Below are positions 41,560 through 56,395 of a stretch of 64,000 nucleotides of DNA, piece by piece. The first letter of the stretch is position 1, and each line of letters starts with the position of its first letter. The position numbers were made by a program, and so were the translations under genes. The notes under the pieces were generated by a model. It did not search any database, was not told the DNA's origin, and saw nothing but the letters and a program-made list of their open reading frames with translations. The stretch comes from Octopus sinensis (Eukaryota): assembly GCF_006345805.1 (NCBI RefSeq), contig NC_043009.1:58528001-58592000 (forward strand). Direction: 5' to 3'.

Positions 41560-41905
41560 ATTATCTCGATTCCGTCGTTCACGAATGATCATGGTGCACC
41601 TCAGAGGTTCCCCTCTGGTGTACAAGTATGGGCGGAAAGTTGCCTCACCGGCGAACGCATAACCTAGGGTTGTCTTTTTATTAAAAACCAGCAGTCGTCC
41701 ATCCATACCAGCCTCCTCTTTCCACGCCACTGATGTTATCCAAAGGAAAGACAAAGGCTGATACCGCTTGGCACCAGTGACGTCGCAACTCATTTCTACA
41801 GCCGGGTGAAATAAAGTGTTTTGCTCAAGAACACAATACGGGATTCGAACTCACAACCTCACGATCGCTAGCTCGATGCTCTAACCAGTGGCCATGTGTC
41901 TTCAC
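41560..41905 (-). mobile_element. tRNA-derived CORE-like SINE family D
   Basis: Minus strand tggccactggttagagc, gagttcgaatccc, then gtgttcttgagcaaaacacttta (CORE-like). Confidence 0.7.
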
Positions 41906-41924
41906 AACTTAATATTATTATCTT

Positions 41925-42380
41925 GATAAAGGGGAGTGAGTTGACAGAATTGTTAGCACGCCGAGTAAAACGCTTAGCAGGTTTAAGTCCCTCTTCGCGT
42001 TCTGATTTCAAATTCCGCCATGGTTCATTTGCCTTTTATTCTATCGGCATCGATAAAATAGATTCTAGTTCAATACTGAGATCGATATAATCGATGTACT
42101 CCTTCCTCGAAATTGCTTGCCTTGTGTCAAAACTTGAAACCGATTTTACTATACTTATATACAAGGCGGCGATCTAGCAGAGCCTTTAGGACCCCGGGCT
42201 AAATGCTTAGCATTTCGACTGTCTTATGCGTTCTGAGCTCAAATTACGCCGAGGCCGATTGAGCCTTCCATTCTATAAATGTCGATGAAATAAGTACCAG
42301 CTGCACACTGGCGTTGATTTAATCGACTTACTCCCACCATGGAAATTTCTGGCCTTGTGCCAAAATTTGAAATCAATTTT
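41925..42380 (+). mobile_element. Two tandem diverged SINE family B copies
   Basis: Heads at about 41925 and 42165; both end ccttgtg(t/c)caaaa(c/t)ttgaaa. Confidence 0.8.
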
Positions 42381-43038
42381 AAGCTTATAACTGATCATAT
42401 TCTCTCTCTACTTTTGCTTATCCTCAGTTCTAATAACAAATACCGATTATTATAATTTCGTATAACCTTTATTTTATATACAATTTAATTTAATGACATT
42501 TGCAATTTGCTTCTAGCTTTAGTTGATATCTTTATATTATTTCCATCAGCCTCCCGAGTTATGGATTTTATAATTCATTATAATTCATTATAATATTATA
42601 AGTTCATTTAAAAAAAAAATTTTAGACTTCCTTTATTCTAAATAATTTTGTGATAATATTCTTTGGTAGAAACGTTACGCTTTATAGATTTTGCGTTTTC
42701 TTTTGTCAGGATTATTGGTTCTATATCTCCGACTATTTTAATTTCTAGCCTTTCCACTTCTGCAATCTTTTTGCAACTCGATACGTAACAAATGTCTAGC
42801 AATTTCAATATTTAACCAATATAAAATTATAAATTTATATCTCTAGGGTGGAGTTTCTTAATCGGGCTTCTCCGGAACCTTAGGTTTCCGGAAAAAGGTT
42901 CCTAGGAGTTCCACGAGAAAGAGTAAGATAATTTCCTGATCGCTACGTTTCTGTACATGCACAACATTTTATTGGTTATTGTAATATAGACATCATTCTA
43001 TCTAACCTATTATGTTATCAAAAAATATAACCACATAT

Positions 43039-43440
43039 AGGCGCAGGAGTGGCTGTGTGGTAAGTAGCTTGCTAACCAACCACATGGTTCCGGGTTCAAT
43101 CCCACTGCGTGGCATCTTGGGCAAGTGTCTTCTGCTATAGCCCCGGGCCGACCAATGCCTTGTGAGTGGATTTGGTAGACGGAAACTGAAAGAAGCCTGT
43201 CGTATATATGTATATATATATATATGTGTGTGTTTGTGTGTCTATGTTTGTCCCCCTAGCATTACTTGACAACCGATGCTGGTGTGTTTACATCCCCGTC
43301 ACTTAGCGGTTCGGCAAAAGAGACCGATAGAATAAGTACTGGGCTCAGAAAGAATAAGTCCCGGGGTCGATTTGCTCGACTAAAGGCGGTGCCCCAGCAT
43401 GGCCGCAGTCAAATGACTGAAACAAGTAAAAGAGAGAGAG
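43039..43440 (+). mobile_element. SINE family A, near-consensus
   Basis: Full head to aaaagag tail. Confidence 0.93.
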
Positions 43441-44934
43441 TATATGTGAGTGTGTGTGTGTGTGTTTGTGTGTGCATGATATTTACCACGTAAATTACGA
43501 TGTAAAAAGTATGAGGAAGATATGGTGTATAATTCTTTTTGTTCTGGGGTTCCTTGAGACATGTAATTTATTTCAAGGGTTTCGCAAGGGTAAAAAGGAT
43601 GAGACACACTGCTCTATGGTGACACAGATTATTTATATTTGTAAGCGGATACAGAATACTTTCATTAATCAGAACGCACATGTATTTGTTGATTATTATA
43701 CCTTCTTCCCGTCAATTTTTTGACCTCTTAATCTATTTGATCGATCCCATTCTGTTTCTAGTCATTCATTTCCTTTTCCCCCACCTCCTTCATTTCCTAC
43801 CCCCTCTTCTGGTGTTTCCCAGGGAGCATCATTGATCTGTGGTTTTCAGTTGTTATCCCTGAATTACAATTACCTGCATCTTCATTAATTAAAGCTAATA
43901 TTTTATTAATTCCGTAATCATTAATCGGCGAACTTTTATCAAGATTAATTAAATTAACGAATAAATAACATGCGAATTAATTAATCATGCCACATCTGAA
44001 TTTATCAAACTTTATAGGAATATAATGCAGCAAAGGTAAATGTTTTTTTTTTTTTTCGAACACCGACGGCAATTGTATTTGAACATGTTCTCATTGGGTC
44101 AAATGTCATGCTTTTTACCTGCTATCTGCCGTTATACAAGAACGCTTTCCCACCAACAGACTTTAGGAAAGCGGTTGCTGGGTTTAATGATCTGTCTGGA
44201 GCAGGAAGGCCTCTTAATGTTCTCTAGTTTATAACCTCATTCTACTACCCAGCTTCGTTGAATGACAGGTTGTAGTCACACGCACATTGCATGTCTTAAA
44301 TTCTTAAATACACAATTTCATTTTGTATACGATTTTATGATTTTGTGATTAATCAATATGTCTCTGCTCGCTCGTTGTTTTTCTAGATAGCCTGGCGAGT
44401 TGAGTGTTGCGCATCATCTTACATAGTCTTATGTATGCTATTATCTAATACGTAGCAATATTAGATAATCCAACTCCATGTTTTTATGATATATCTATCT
44501 ATCTTTCTGTCTGTCTGAAAGAGAGTAAGAGAGATAGAGAGAGATAAAGAGAGAGATAGAGGAACTTTCAAAATTTACGGCCAGTTAATTTCACATTGGT
44601 CATCAGATATACCATGCAATCGAACTGGAGATCAACTGCATGGTGAGCAATTTCCTTAATTGCATTACCTCTCCGGAGAATCACCTCTCCTTTGAAAAGG
44701 AGAACTGATCTCCATCTGTACCCGAATCCTGAAACTCCGACACCCCAGATCATTACATTAGTTTGTTACTGCAAGACACCAACTAGAAATAATTTCGCGG
44801 CAGAAAAATATTAGCAAACTATATCTAGGAGGAATATTATTTTATTTCTCTCAGTAAATACAGGAGACAGCTTCAGAAAATTTGCCGTCATTTTAGATTT
44901 CCCCGTCGATTACATTTTTATATTCTCCTCAGTT

Positions 44935-45099
44935 GGCGCAGGAGTGGCTGTGTGGTAAGTAGCTTGCTTACCAACCACATGGTTCTGGGTTCAGTCCCAC
45001 TGCGTGGCACCTCGGGCAAGTGTCTTCTACTATAGCCTGAGGTCCACCAAAGCCTTGTGAGTGGATTTGGTAGATGGAAACTGAAAGAAGCCGGTCGTA

Positions 45100-45155
<56 letters not shown>

Positions 45156-45445
45156 ATATATATATATCTATTATATATATATATATATATATGTGTGTGT
45201 GCGTGTGTGTGTGTGTATGTGTCTGTGTGTTTGTGTGTCTGTGTTTGTCCCCCAGCATCGCTTGACAACCGATGCTAGTGTTTACGTTCCCGTAACTTAG
45301 CAGTTCGGCAAAAGAGACCGGTAGAATAAGTACTAGGTTTACAGAGAATAAGTCTAGGGGTCGATTTTCTCGACTAAAGGCGGTGCTCCAGCATGGCCGC
45401 AGTCCATTGACTGAAACAAGTAAAAGAGTAAAAGAATAAAAGAGT
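44935..45445 (+). mobile_element. SINE family A with expanded internal TA tract
   Basis: Consensus halves flank ~140 bp of TA/TG. Confidence 0.93.
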
Positions 45446-45932
45446 ATATATATTTTTTCCGTTAACATTCTACACCTCCTTGCAAGATGTGTCTTGGCGC
45501 TAAGTTCCTCCTTTTTTTTCGACTTAATAGCAGCTGTGACTAATAATATTGAAAATTTTATTTTCTTAATAGGTGAGCGAGTGAAAGAAAGAAGGAAAAT
45601 GTGAGAAAGGAACAGCAAGAGAATGAAAAAGCTGTCATGGTCCCCTGCAGGTCCATCTACACTGGTGAGATTTACTCAGTTGCTTTTTCAGTTTCAACAT
45701 ATGTAGGTCGATAAATATATGAGACATGTGGTTTCCCGAGAAGTTGGTGGCGGGAATAGAAAATTGTTTTCAGATCGCTGACTACCTCGAAAACTTGTAA
45801 CTGGGTGAACGAAGCGAAATGTACTTAAAAGCTATTTGGTGGTGTTAAACATAAGAGTTGGAAGATGCTGAAAATTCTGAAAAAAAAAAAAAGAAAGAAA
45901 ATTTTAATAGGTAAAGTGTTCTGAACTGTGTG

Positions 45933-45963
<31 letters not shown>

Positions 45964-46630
45964 GGGCAGCAGCAGCAGCAGCAGTAGTAGCAGTAGTAGT
46001 AGTAGTAGTAGTAGCAGCAGCAGTAGTAGTAGTGGCAGTAGCAGCAGCAGCGGTGGTGGGAGTAGTAGTAGTAGTAGTAGTAGTAGCGTGGTGGGGACCT
46101 GCACTGTAACATCGCGACGTTGCATCTACAATTTTTTTGGTGATTTCATTACTCGTGCCGCATGACACATTTCGGCCGCTCAAGCGACAACCCTTCAACC
46201 CATGGGTCTGTTTGTGGAGTCGTTTCAGGTGAGGTCCTCATGAGGTGGAAGTGCAGATCCCATCTCAACATCTTTTACTCGCTTTTTACGACACAATAAT
46301 GGAGATAACAAAAAAATTTCGGAGAAACTGGGGCTATTGTAGAGTGCAACAGAAAGAAGTAAAGGGTGGAAATGTGGATCCCTGCGATAATCGTTGCGAT
46401 ATGTTAATATGTGAAATGTCGTTAATGAAAGAAAGCGCATTGTCTTTCAGATTCGAAAATCGAATCTAGCTCAAGAACATAGTTCTTTGTTAAGCAATTA
46501 CTCGCACTGACCCCCTGCTTCATTCTCGCTCATTCATCCTAGAAATATACGACATACAAGAGATATACGACATCCTGGAAATATTATATAATACTACATA
46601 CTAGAAATATACAGGAAATAATCTTAAGAT

Positions 46631-46913
46631 ACAATTGTAGTGTGGAAGGCGTTTCTAAGCCATTTAAAAACAGACAAAAACCGTTAGATTCACTTCAACA
46701 TTTATATTTAATTTGTCGAATTGTTGTCGTCGCTTTCAGACCACTGACAAAATTCCTTGCTGCTGAGATTCAGCATGGAATTTTGTCAGTGAATATATCG
46801 TGGTCTCAAAAGGACGACAATGTTTTGACAAATTAAATCTAAGTACTGTAGTGAATCTAACGGCTTTTGTGTGTTTTTAAATTGCTTATAAACACCTGCT
46901 ACACTGCAATTGT
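46631..46913. mobile_element. 283-bp imperfect palindromic MITE
   Basis: acaattg...caattgt termini; arms pair throughout; core cactgacaaaattcc/ggaattttgtcagtg. Confidence 0.8.
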
Positions 46914-49315
46914 TTTTGTTTCAGCACAAGGTCTCAGGCCAGAACACTTGCTATGCAAGTACATCTCCGTAAATCTTGAGAGAGGAATAGCAAAAATCAT
47001 CGAAATGAAGCGAATGTTACTGCAAAAATATGGTTAACATTGTGAAACGTTTATAAATATGGAATTGTAAGCAGCGATAATTAACACTATTATTACTTTA
47101 CGTAATCGGAGGGACCAAATTTTTATCCGACGCCCTAATGATTTTGTCAATCTTAGCAGTATGTGTATGTAATTTTATATTATCAAGGTTGTTGAGCTTA
47201 TTCCATTCGCCCAAATTAACGCGACTACTTGTCACCTAGGATGTCTTTAGCAAGCCTTCTTGCCGGAACTCTGGTTTGAAGATACTTTCTTCTCTCCTTC
47301 GGATCAATATCATACAGCCTGTAAAGTATGCTCATTGCCGTCCCTCCTGATTAAGATATTAAAATATAAAAGAAGTAGAACTGCTTCTTGAGCGTTTCAA
47401 GGCATCGAAGACTGGAGGGAAGAAGGGGAAGAAGCTGTCCAGCTATTATAGACCTCACCTCATTGCTGGAATCAGAGTGGACGTTGATAAAGGCGTACAG
47501 ACGTGTTGGTGTATTCAAACTCGATTTCACACTACATTAAACGCACAAGAACTGCAAGAGAGATATTTTTATCGAAGAGGAGACATTTCTCTCTACTAAA
47601 TTTCACTCAAAAGTATTTACTTGTCTCGAAACTATAGTAAAGACACTTTTGCAAGGTGCTACACGGTCGGATTACACTCGATATGAAGTAGTTACTAAGA
47701 AAGCGTCTAACCTACACAGCCATACCTACATCAATATCTTAACAATGACAACAAGAAGTGAAAGATATTTTCCTACTGGTAAGTAAACATAAGCAGCCAT
47801 CTTAGCAAAACAGTGACGTTATTCGAAAAGTAATTGCAGCAGTTTATAAAATTAATTACAATTGTGCTAAATGCTGAATTGTAAAGCTGCGAATTCAAAA
47901 TAAGAATAAAAATTTAGAAACACATTTCTAAATATATACAAGCTGCACTAATCCAATTCTTAACATGCTAATTCCTAAAACTAAAAAATGGTGTTAATGT
48001 AAATTTTAGAAATCGCCCAATCCACAAAAATGAAATAAAGAAACAACAACGTTACATGCAACGTGGTTATATAACAAAAAAATTTAGGAGTGCTAATGAG
48101 GAATGTTATGGTGGAGGATTCTAAATCGATAACGTTTGGGAAAAGCTATTCTGAAAATAACAGAATCGCAGTGATTTCATTCCGCCCCTACAAAAATCTC
48201 TGAAATTTTAGAAAATTCTAAAATAGAATTTAGTGAAACACGAAGAAAATCCTGAAATTGCATTCCAGTAGGGAATGAATCTCGTGACAATTAATCAAAA
48301 TCTTGCTGTCTGTCGTTAGAATTCTCTGTATACATATATTTAAATATATATCTGTGTGTGTGTGATGTTTCTGTGAGTGTGCGTGCATGCATTGTGGATA
48401 TGTATGTATATGTATTTGTATGTGTGTGTCTATTATATAATTATAAATAGACAGATATTTGGTAACGACAAGTACATGTACGTAGTTAAGTAGCTCGCAT
48501 TGCACTGGGTAGCATCATCAGTAATAATTTTCTCTTATAACAAAGTACTGATCAATGCTGTTTAAATGAATTTGGGAAACAAAAGCAGTGTGAAGTCTAC
48601 ACACATACAAACCTACATAATACATACATACGTTTATACACACATACATACGTACATACATACATACATACATACATACATACATACATACATGCATACA
48701 TACATACATACATGCATACATACATAATACATACAAACATACATAAGATCTAACTTACACAGATTATAAACGACAGAGAAGATTAAAAGGGGGAAGAAAG
48801 GACTTATATCCTACAGCTGTTTCTAGGGGATCAGAAAAAACAATTATTTTGGTATGCGTATTTCATCACAATATGCGGCCATAATGGAATCAATCGATGT
48901 TGGATAAATCAAGCTTCCGTCATCAGGGCAGAAAAGATCTTACATTTCAGATCATCATCATCATCATCATCATTTTCACCATCACCATCGTATATATATA
49001 TATATTATATATATATATATATATATGTATATAATGGACCAGTTTAAGGAAAGCAGAGAAGATAGAATATCCATTATTTTATTATGCTGTCATCTATGTT
49101 CTGTTTTTGCCTACGTAACGTTTCTGCCGCTATCAAGGAGCATATTCTGCATCCTGTAGTGCATTAAGATGCTACGATCCACCAAGGGCTTCATCAGGGC
49201 ATGCTCACCGCTCACCGCTCACCGCTTATTTGATTTCTTTGAACTGGAAAATAATTCGAAACGAAAACACTTTGCAAAATATCGGAAACTACACTATAAA
49301 CACTCTTGTATATCT

Positions 49316-49387
<72 letters not shown>

Positions 49388-49402
49388 CATATATATATAT
49401 AT

Positions 49403-49442
<40 letters not shown>

Positions 49443-49507
49443 CATATATATATACATATATATATATATGTGTGTGTGTGTGGTGTGTGTGTGTGTGCGT
49501 GTGTGTG

Positions 49508-49550
<43 letters not shown>

Positions 49551-50379
49551 GTACATATATGCAGGCATGTATATTATACACATAGCGAACTAAACGTAAT
49601 TGCAAAAGTATTATAGTATTGCATTTGTGTTGTCTGTATAAAAGACTAGACGGTCATGAGATACATTCCAATTTTTCTGTCCAGGGTCAGTTCACAGGTC
49701 ACTTACTTTCAGAAACTACCTACAGCAGCGCCATTCTTAAATAGATTATAACTTATGTAACATCTGAAATTATCAAAAAATCTTGAGTTGTCCATTTACT
49801 AATTACGTACGCTCTCTGCCTTTGCTCTTCTGTGCATAGATATTCAGCTCAGATGTTTTCGAGCCTCTTACACAGCGAATAGCTGTAAACCGCTAACGTC
49901 TTTACAGCCGGAAAGCGAATATACATTACATATCTTGAAAATCAAATTAATAAAACCGGGACTTCAAGCAACATTTTTTCAGAGCATCTTTTAAAAACTA
50001 TGCTCTAAACCCAAGACTGAAATGTAAACTCAGCTGTGAGGTTAATTTTACTGCGGTTCACAAATTCATATTTTGCATCCGTGGAACCATACATATCTTA
50101 CGGCGACCCATGATGATTTTATATGGCGCCCAATTCATGTCAGATGTATCTCGGTTGAGAACCAATGTGTTTTTCTGATGAGGGACCAACATGACTACAA
50201 AACTCGATCACACATTTATTGCCACGTGTGTGAAAAAAATTTCATTTTCTCTGTTAAAGCTGGTTTGTTTACTTTCTACAACGAGATTAAATTGTATGTT
50301 TATCAAAAATGTTTTACTTTGCACATCATTTCAAATTATTGTAAAAGTTGTGTACTGCATTATTAATACGTCTTTATAT

Positions 50380-50472
<93 letters not shown>

Positions 50473-50586
50473 GTGTATATATATATATATACATATATAT
50501 ATATTTAAAATGTGGTATACATATACATGCATACATATACACTTATGTATATGTTGATAATAAATAAAAGCGCTTCTCGCTCGGCA

Positions 50587-50674
<88 letters not shown>

Positions 50675-51133
50675 TACACACACATATAATGATATGTGCG
50701 TGTAAGTACACATTCATACACAATGAAATGAAATTACAGCTTTGTTTTCTTTGAAATAAAAGCAGTAGAAATGTTTTCAAAGTGGAAAGAACTTCAAATA
50801 CGTTTTGTTGTTGTTGCTGCTGTTGTTGTTATTGTTGTTGTTGCTGCTGTTGTTGTTGTTGTTAATTTTTGTGTGGAGAAAGATAAGAAAAATATTAAGA
50901 AATGACTTCTTAAAAAGAAATTAATTTAACGAACATTGAAAGCCTTACAATTTGAAATTTCAAACGTCTATATATCAAGTGTTGTCAAGGAGTAAACATG
51001 ACTACGTATATTCCCTCACACATGTGCATACCACCCCGCACATAAGTAAGAGTATAGGTGTTGGGAATAGAGGGAGAGAGGGCGGGAAAGACGTTGATAA
51101 CAGACTATACATGCCTATACGTTTTTATATATA

Positions 51134-51231
<98 letters not shown>

Positions 51232-51272
51232 TATATATATATACATATATATACATATATATAATATATATA

Positions 51273-51346
<74 letters not shown>

Positions 51347-52099
51347 GTATGGTATTTCTATTTTTTTTATAGTGTTATACATATGCATATATTTGATGTT
51401 AAGTTTTTCACACAAACAACATTAGAGTGTTCAATACATCTGGTTGAGTGAAATATTTAAAGAAAATACTGTTTTACTGTCTTTGTATTGTAAGCTGAAT
51501 CCTCAGATTTTGAAGTATTTGAAGTTTACTATGCAGGTAGAAATACCAAACTATAATTTAAATAAGACATTCACCTCTGTTGTGATCATGACGTAGGCCG
51601 GATTGACCACCCATCCAGCAAATACTAAATATAATAATTAAAACTCATTGTAAATACAATTTATAAATGTAAAGAATCCAGCCTCACATCATTCTTCATA
51701 AAAATAGAAAAAGAGGAATATAATACACTATCTAATTATGTTTGAACTTTGGAAGAATATGGCGTACGATTTCAAACGGAAGCAGTTCTAAAGATATAGG
51801 TATAAGTCATACAAGTGCAAAGCAAAACAATGTGGTTTTGGCACGGCTGAGAACTATTCTATACTCCAAAATAAATGAGCAATTTTTTTGAATCTCAAGT
51901 CAGAGATCCGCTGCAATTGCTGTAAATTTATCTCAAAGTTACAGAACAGATGGATATTTATTTATTTACTAGATGGAATCGTGTCCTCTTTGCCTCAACC
52001 ATTTTTTGTAACAACATCTCTGTCAATTACACTGCTAGTCCTTGCTGCCAAGACAACGTACCTATCATTTTCAACTTATATACTTGGTCCTTGATTCTT

Positions 52100-52234
52100 C
52101 ACTGCTTAAACTAAGTTACGGGGACGTAAACACATCAGTATCGGTCGTAAAAAGATGTTGAGGGGGACAAACACAGACACACAAACATATACACATCTAC
52201 GTACTTACATACATACTCTTACATACATACATAC

Positions 52235-52298
<64 letters not shown>

Positions 52299-52485
52299 AT
52301 ATATATGTAAATACATATATACGACGGGCTTCTTTCAGTTTCCGTCTACCAAATCCACTCACAAAGCTTTGGTCTGCCCGAGGCTACAGTAGAAGACAAT
52401 TGCCCAAGGTGCCACGCAGTAGGACTGAACCCGGAACCATGTGGTTTCGTAAGCAAGCTACTTACCACACATCCACTCCTACGCC
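52100..52485 (-). mobile_element. SINE family A, 3'-truncated, expanded TA tract
   Basis: Consensus head; body to ctaagttacggggacg. Confidence 0.88.
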
Positions 52486-52983
52486 ATATATGTGCATACA
52501 CACACACACACACACCACACACACACACACACCAAACACACTCATATACATATACATATATATATTTATATACATTGGTCCCGCTTTGGTCTTGAATGAG
52601 GTGTGGGGTATGGTGGAGTATACGGGCACAAGTGATGTTGGGGAGGAATAATAACAAGCGGTTGAAAAACCTCAGTGTTATAATGTTTATTTATAATGTT
52701 TAATGTTTATTGCATGTTATTGTGTTTAATGTTTAACGACCCAATTCTTAAATGGTGAATTAGTCCAAAAATTTTGAAACTGAAGTAAGAGGTTCATTAC
52801 CTCGTTTTGTCTTTTTCTGTAAAAAAAAAAGAAGGGAATAATGTTTTAGAGAAGCAAAAAATGGACGGGCGTTTTTTGTCTTCTTCCATTAATATCATCT
52901 TTATCATCATTCACCTCATCAATGTATTTGTCCAACCCGCAAGCTACTCTGTGTCATGCCTTTATGGCAAAATTTTTGAAATA

Positions 52984-53358
52984 AAGTAGCTTGCTTACCA
53001 ACCACAGGGTTCCAGGTTCAGTGCAACTGCCTGGCACCTTGGGCGAGTGTCTTCTACTGTTGTAGCCTCATGCCGGTCAAAGCCTTGTGAGTGGATTTGG
53101 TAGACGGAAACTGAACGAAGCCCGTCATTATTATATATGGGTGGGGGTTTTTGTGTGTCTGTGTTTTTCCTCCTACCATCGCTTGACAACCGATGTCGGT
53201 GTGTTCACGTCCCCGTAACTTAGCGGATAGGCAAAAGGGACCAATAAAATAAGTACTAGGCTTACATAGAATAAGTGCTGGTGTCGATGTTTTCGACTAA
53301 AGCACTGCTCCATCATGGCTGCAGTCAAATAGCTGAAACAAATAAAAGAATAAAAGAA
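52984..53358 (+). mobile_element. SINE family A, 5'-truncated
   Basis: Starts at aagtagcttgcttacc; aaaagaataaaaga tail. Confidence 0.88.
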
Positions 53359-53369
53359 TATATATGGAC

Positions 53370-53449
<80 letters not shown>

Positions 53450-53978
53450 TGTGTCTGTGTCTGACTTTCATTTGATTATTCAGGAAGTGAATACCAGGAT
53501 TTTAAAAACATATATAAGCACATATATAAGTCGACTTCTTCAGACAAAACTCTAGTAGTCTGCGCAGGGGCATGTCCTCGGTTCCATTCTCTGAAACAAG
53601 TAAAACATCAAGAAAAAACACCCGAAATGTGTGCGAGGGTGTAGGAGGTAGTAAGGGTACTTCAAATCTAACTGACTGTGAAATAAATCGAAATCAAAAA
53701 TCGTCATCATTCATATTCCCTTTCTATCTTTTTTTCTGAAATTCCATTAGATTTTGTGGTGGGCTACACACAAATTCTAGAGAAAATAACATATTTATAT
53801 GTTAATATTGAATTAAAAATATATGCAGACAGACATAATATTTCATACACACACCTCATAATACAACAACATTGACACATGAAATTGCATAGTATACATG
53901 CGTATACACATATGTGTGTCTGTGTGTGTATATATATGTATATATATGCATGAATGCATATGTTTATATGTATGTATT

Positions 53979-54031
<53 letters not shown>

Positions 54032-54049
54032 GGTGTTTTTTTCAATATC

Positions 54050-54099
<50 letters not shown>

Positions 54100-54124
54100 T
54101 GTGTGTGTAAATATACGTACGTGT

Positions 54125-54381
54125 CTCTTTTACTTGTTTAATTCATTTGACTGTGGCCATGCGGGAGAACCGCCTTTAGTCGAGCAAACCGACCCCACGA
54201 CTTATATTTTGAAAGCGTAGTATTTACTCTATCAATCTCTTTTGTCGAACCGCAAGGTTACGGGGACATAAACAGACCAGCATCGGTTGTCAAGTGATGT
54301 TGGGGGGACAAAAACAGACATAAACATATACACATACATACACACACATACAGACCAACAACACCACACACACACACATAT

Positions 54382-54452
<71 letters not shown>

Positions 54453-54820
54453 CATGTCTTCCCTTCACGGGATCTTTCCTTCTCCTGTGTTTCCGACGAT
54501 GACCGCTCGCTCGAAACGTTAAACCCTCCTTCTTTCCTTTTTTCCTGAGCGTTCAATAATACTTTATTTGTTCCACGTCCTCGCGTTGTTGTGTTTTTTT
54601 TTTGGGTTTTTTTGGGGTTTTCTTGTTTGGATTAGCTTTATATATATATACATATATACGACTGGCGTTTTTTCAATTTACGTCTGCCATATCCACGCAC
54701 AAGGCTTTCGTCGGCCCGAGGTTATAGTAGAAGACACTAGCCAAAGGTGCCACGCTGTGAGATCGAACCCGGAACCATGCGGTTCGTAAGCAAGCTACTT
54801 ACCACACAGCCACTCCTACG
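54125..54820 (-). mobile_element. SINE family A interrupted at its internal microsatellite
   Basis: 3' half at about 54125-54350, 5' half at about 54655-54820. Confidence 0.85.
54455..54640 (+). mobile_element. Penelope-type terminal repeat with hammerhead-like motif
   Basis: gttt-CCGACGA-t-gacc gctc gctc-GAAACGTT-aaac; second copy at 11465-11612. Confidence 0.6.
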
Positions 54821-55544
54821 TATATACACACACACACACACATATATATATATGTATATCTATATATATACACGCACACATGTCTATATATGTATGTATG
54901 TATGTATGTATATATGTATGTATGTATTATATATATATACATATATATTTACGCTGTCATAAAGCATTTATTACTCTAGCATATTTTTCGTATGAGCTGA
55001 TGAAATGCATATTTGCTGACGATTACACTAAATATATACAATTGAGTAATTTCAAACAATATATAGGCTTATAGAAATCCATTGAATTGTTATACACACG
55101 CATGAACATTCGTACGCAAACACACCCACACATACATATGCGTATATATATATATATATATATATATGCTTATATATACATACATATATGTATGTATATA
55201 TACATATGTTTGTATGTATGTATCTATTTATCTATCTACCTACTTATATATATATATATATATATTCTCATTTCCTTTCGCATGCCTCAACATATGTCCA
55301 TGTATGTATGTATGTGTGTGTATGTATTTGCATGTAAATACACACACACGCAGATAATTAATGCAATTCATACACGATAAACTGTATAAATATTCAATAA
55401 TTTACAATTCACATGCATACACAATTACATACAGAGTATCCATTCAATGCTGTTCCATAGAATACAGTACATACAGCCTTTCAATCTGACATAATATATA
55501 CATCAGTTCATATATACAATATACCAGATACAAAAATTAAGTGT

Positions 55545-55610
<66 letters not shown>

Positions 55611-55974
55611 AGATATACAATGACATACAAAGTTACAGTCAGTCAATCTCAGTCAATATAACACAATACATAGACACATTCAGTATTGTACAATATGAAA
55701 ACTACTGCCGTCTGACACACTGACACACAGACACACACATACACACACAAACACACACATACACACACACGCACATAAACGCACAGACAATCACACACAC
55801 AAACACTCAGTTACATACACATATACAGACGCACACACACACACACACGTACATATATAAAGGGTAATAGAAATACATACGTATTTCAGACATATATACG
55901 CATGCCTATATACCATCTGTATATAAGTACATGTAAGTGCCTCCTTCCGTCTGTCTTTGTCTCCCACTCTGTAT

Positions 55975-56004
55975 CTCTCTCTCTCTCTCTCTCTCTCACT
56001 CGCA

Positions 56005-56054
<50 letters not shown>

Positions 56055-56171
56055 GATATATATATATAAATATATATATATATTATATACATATATATAT
56101 ATACGTATATTATATATGTATATATATATAATATTATATATATATATATATTTACATATATACATATATAC

Positions 56172-56222
<51 letters not shown>

Positions 56223-56229
56223 ATATATG

Positions 56230-56260
<31 letters not shown>

Positions 56261-56352
56261 GTATATATGTATATATATAAATATATATATATATATGTAT
56301 ATATATGTATATATATATATATGTATATATATATATGTATATGTATATATAA

Positions 56353-56387
<35 letters not shown>

Positions 56388-56395
56388 TATTTATG
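55975..56395. repeat. (CT)n plus a ~390-bp interrupted (TA)n array
   Basis: Direct. Confidence 0.95.

Noticed and set aside
42845-42925. hAT-like terminal sequence with a small ccggaacc/gtttccgg hairpin; similar ggttgagaacca at ~50155
   Set aside because: No matching second TIR or 8-bp TSD could be confirmed
44575-44645. TTTACGGCC Hox/Cdx-like site and an accatgca/tgcatggt stem as a possible miRNA
   Set aside because: The stem is only 8 bp, too short for a pre-miRNA; the motif is expected by chance
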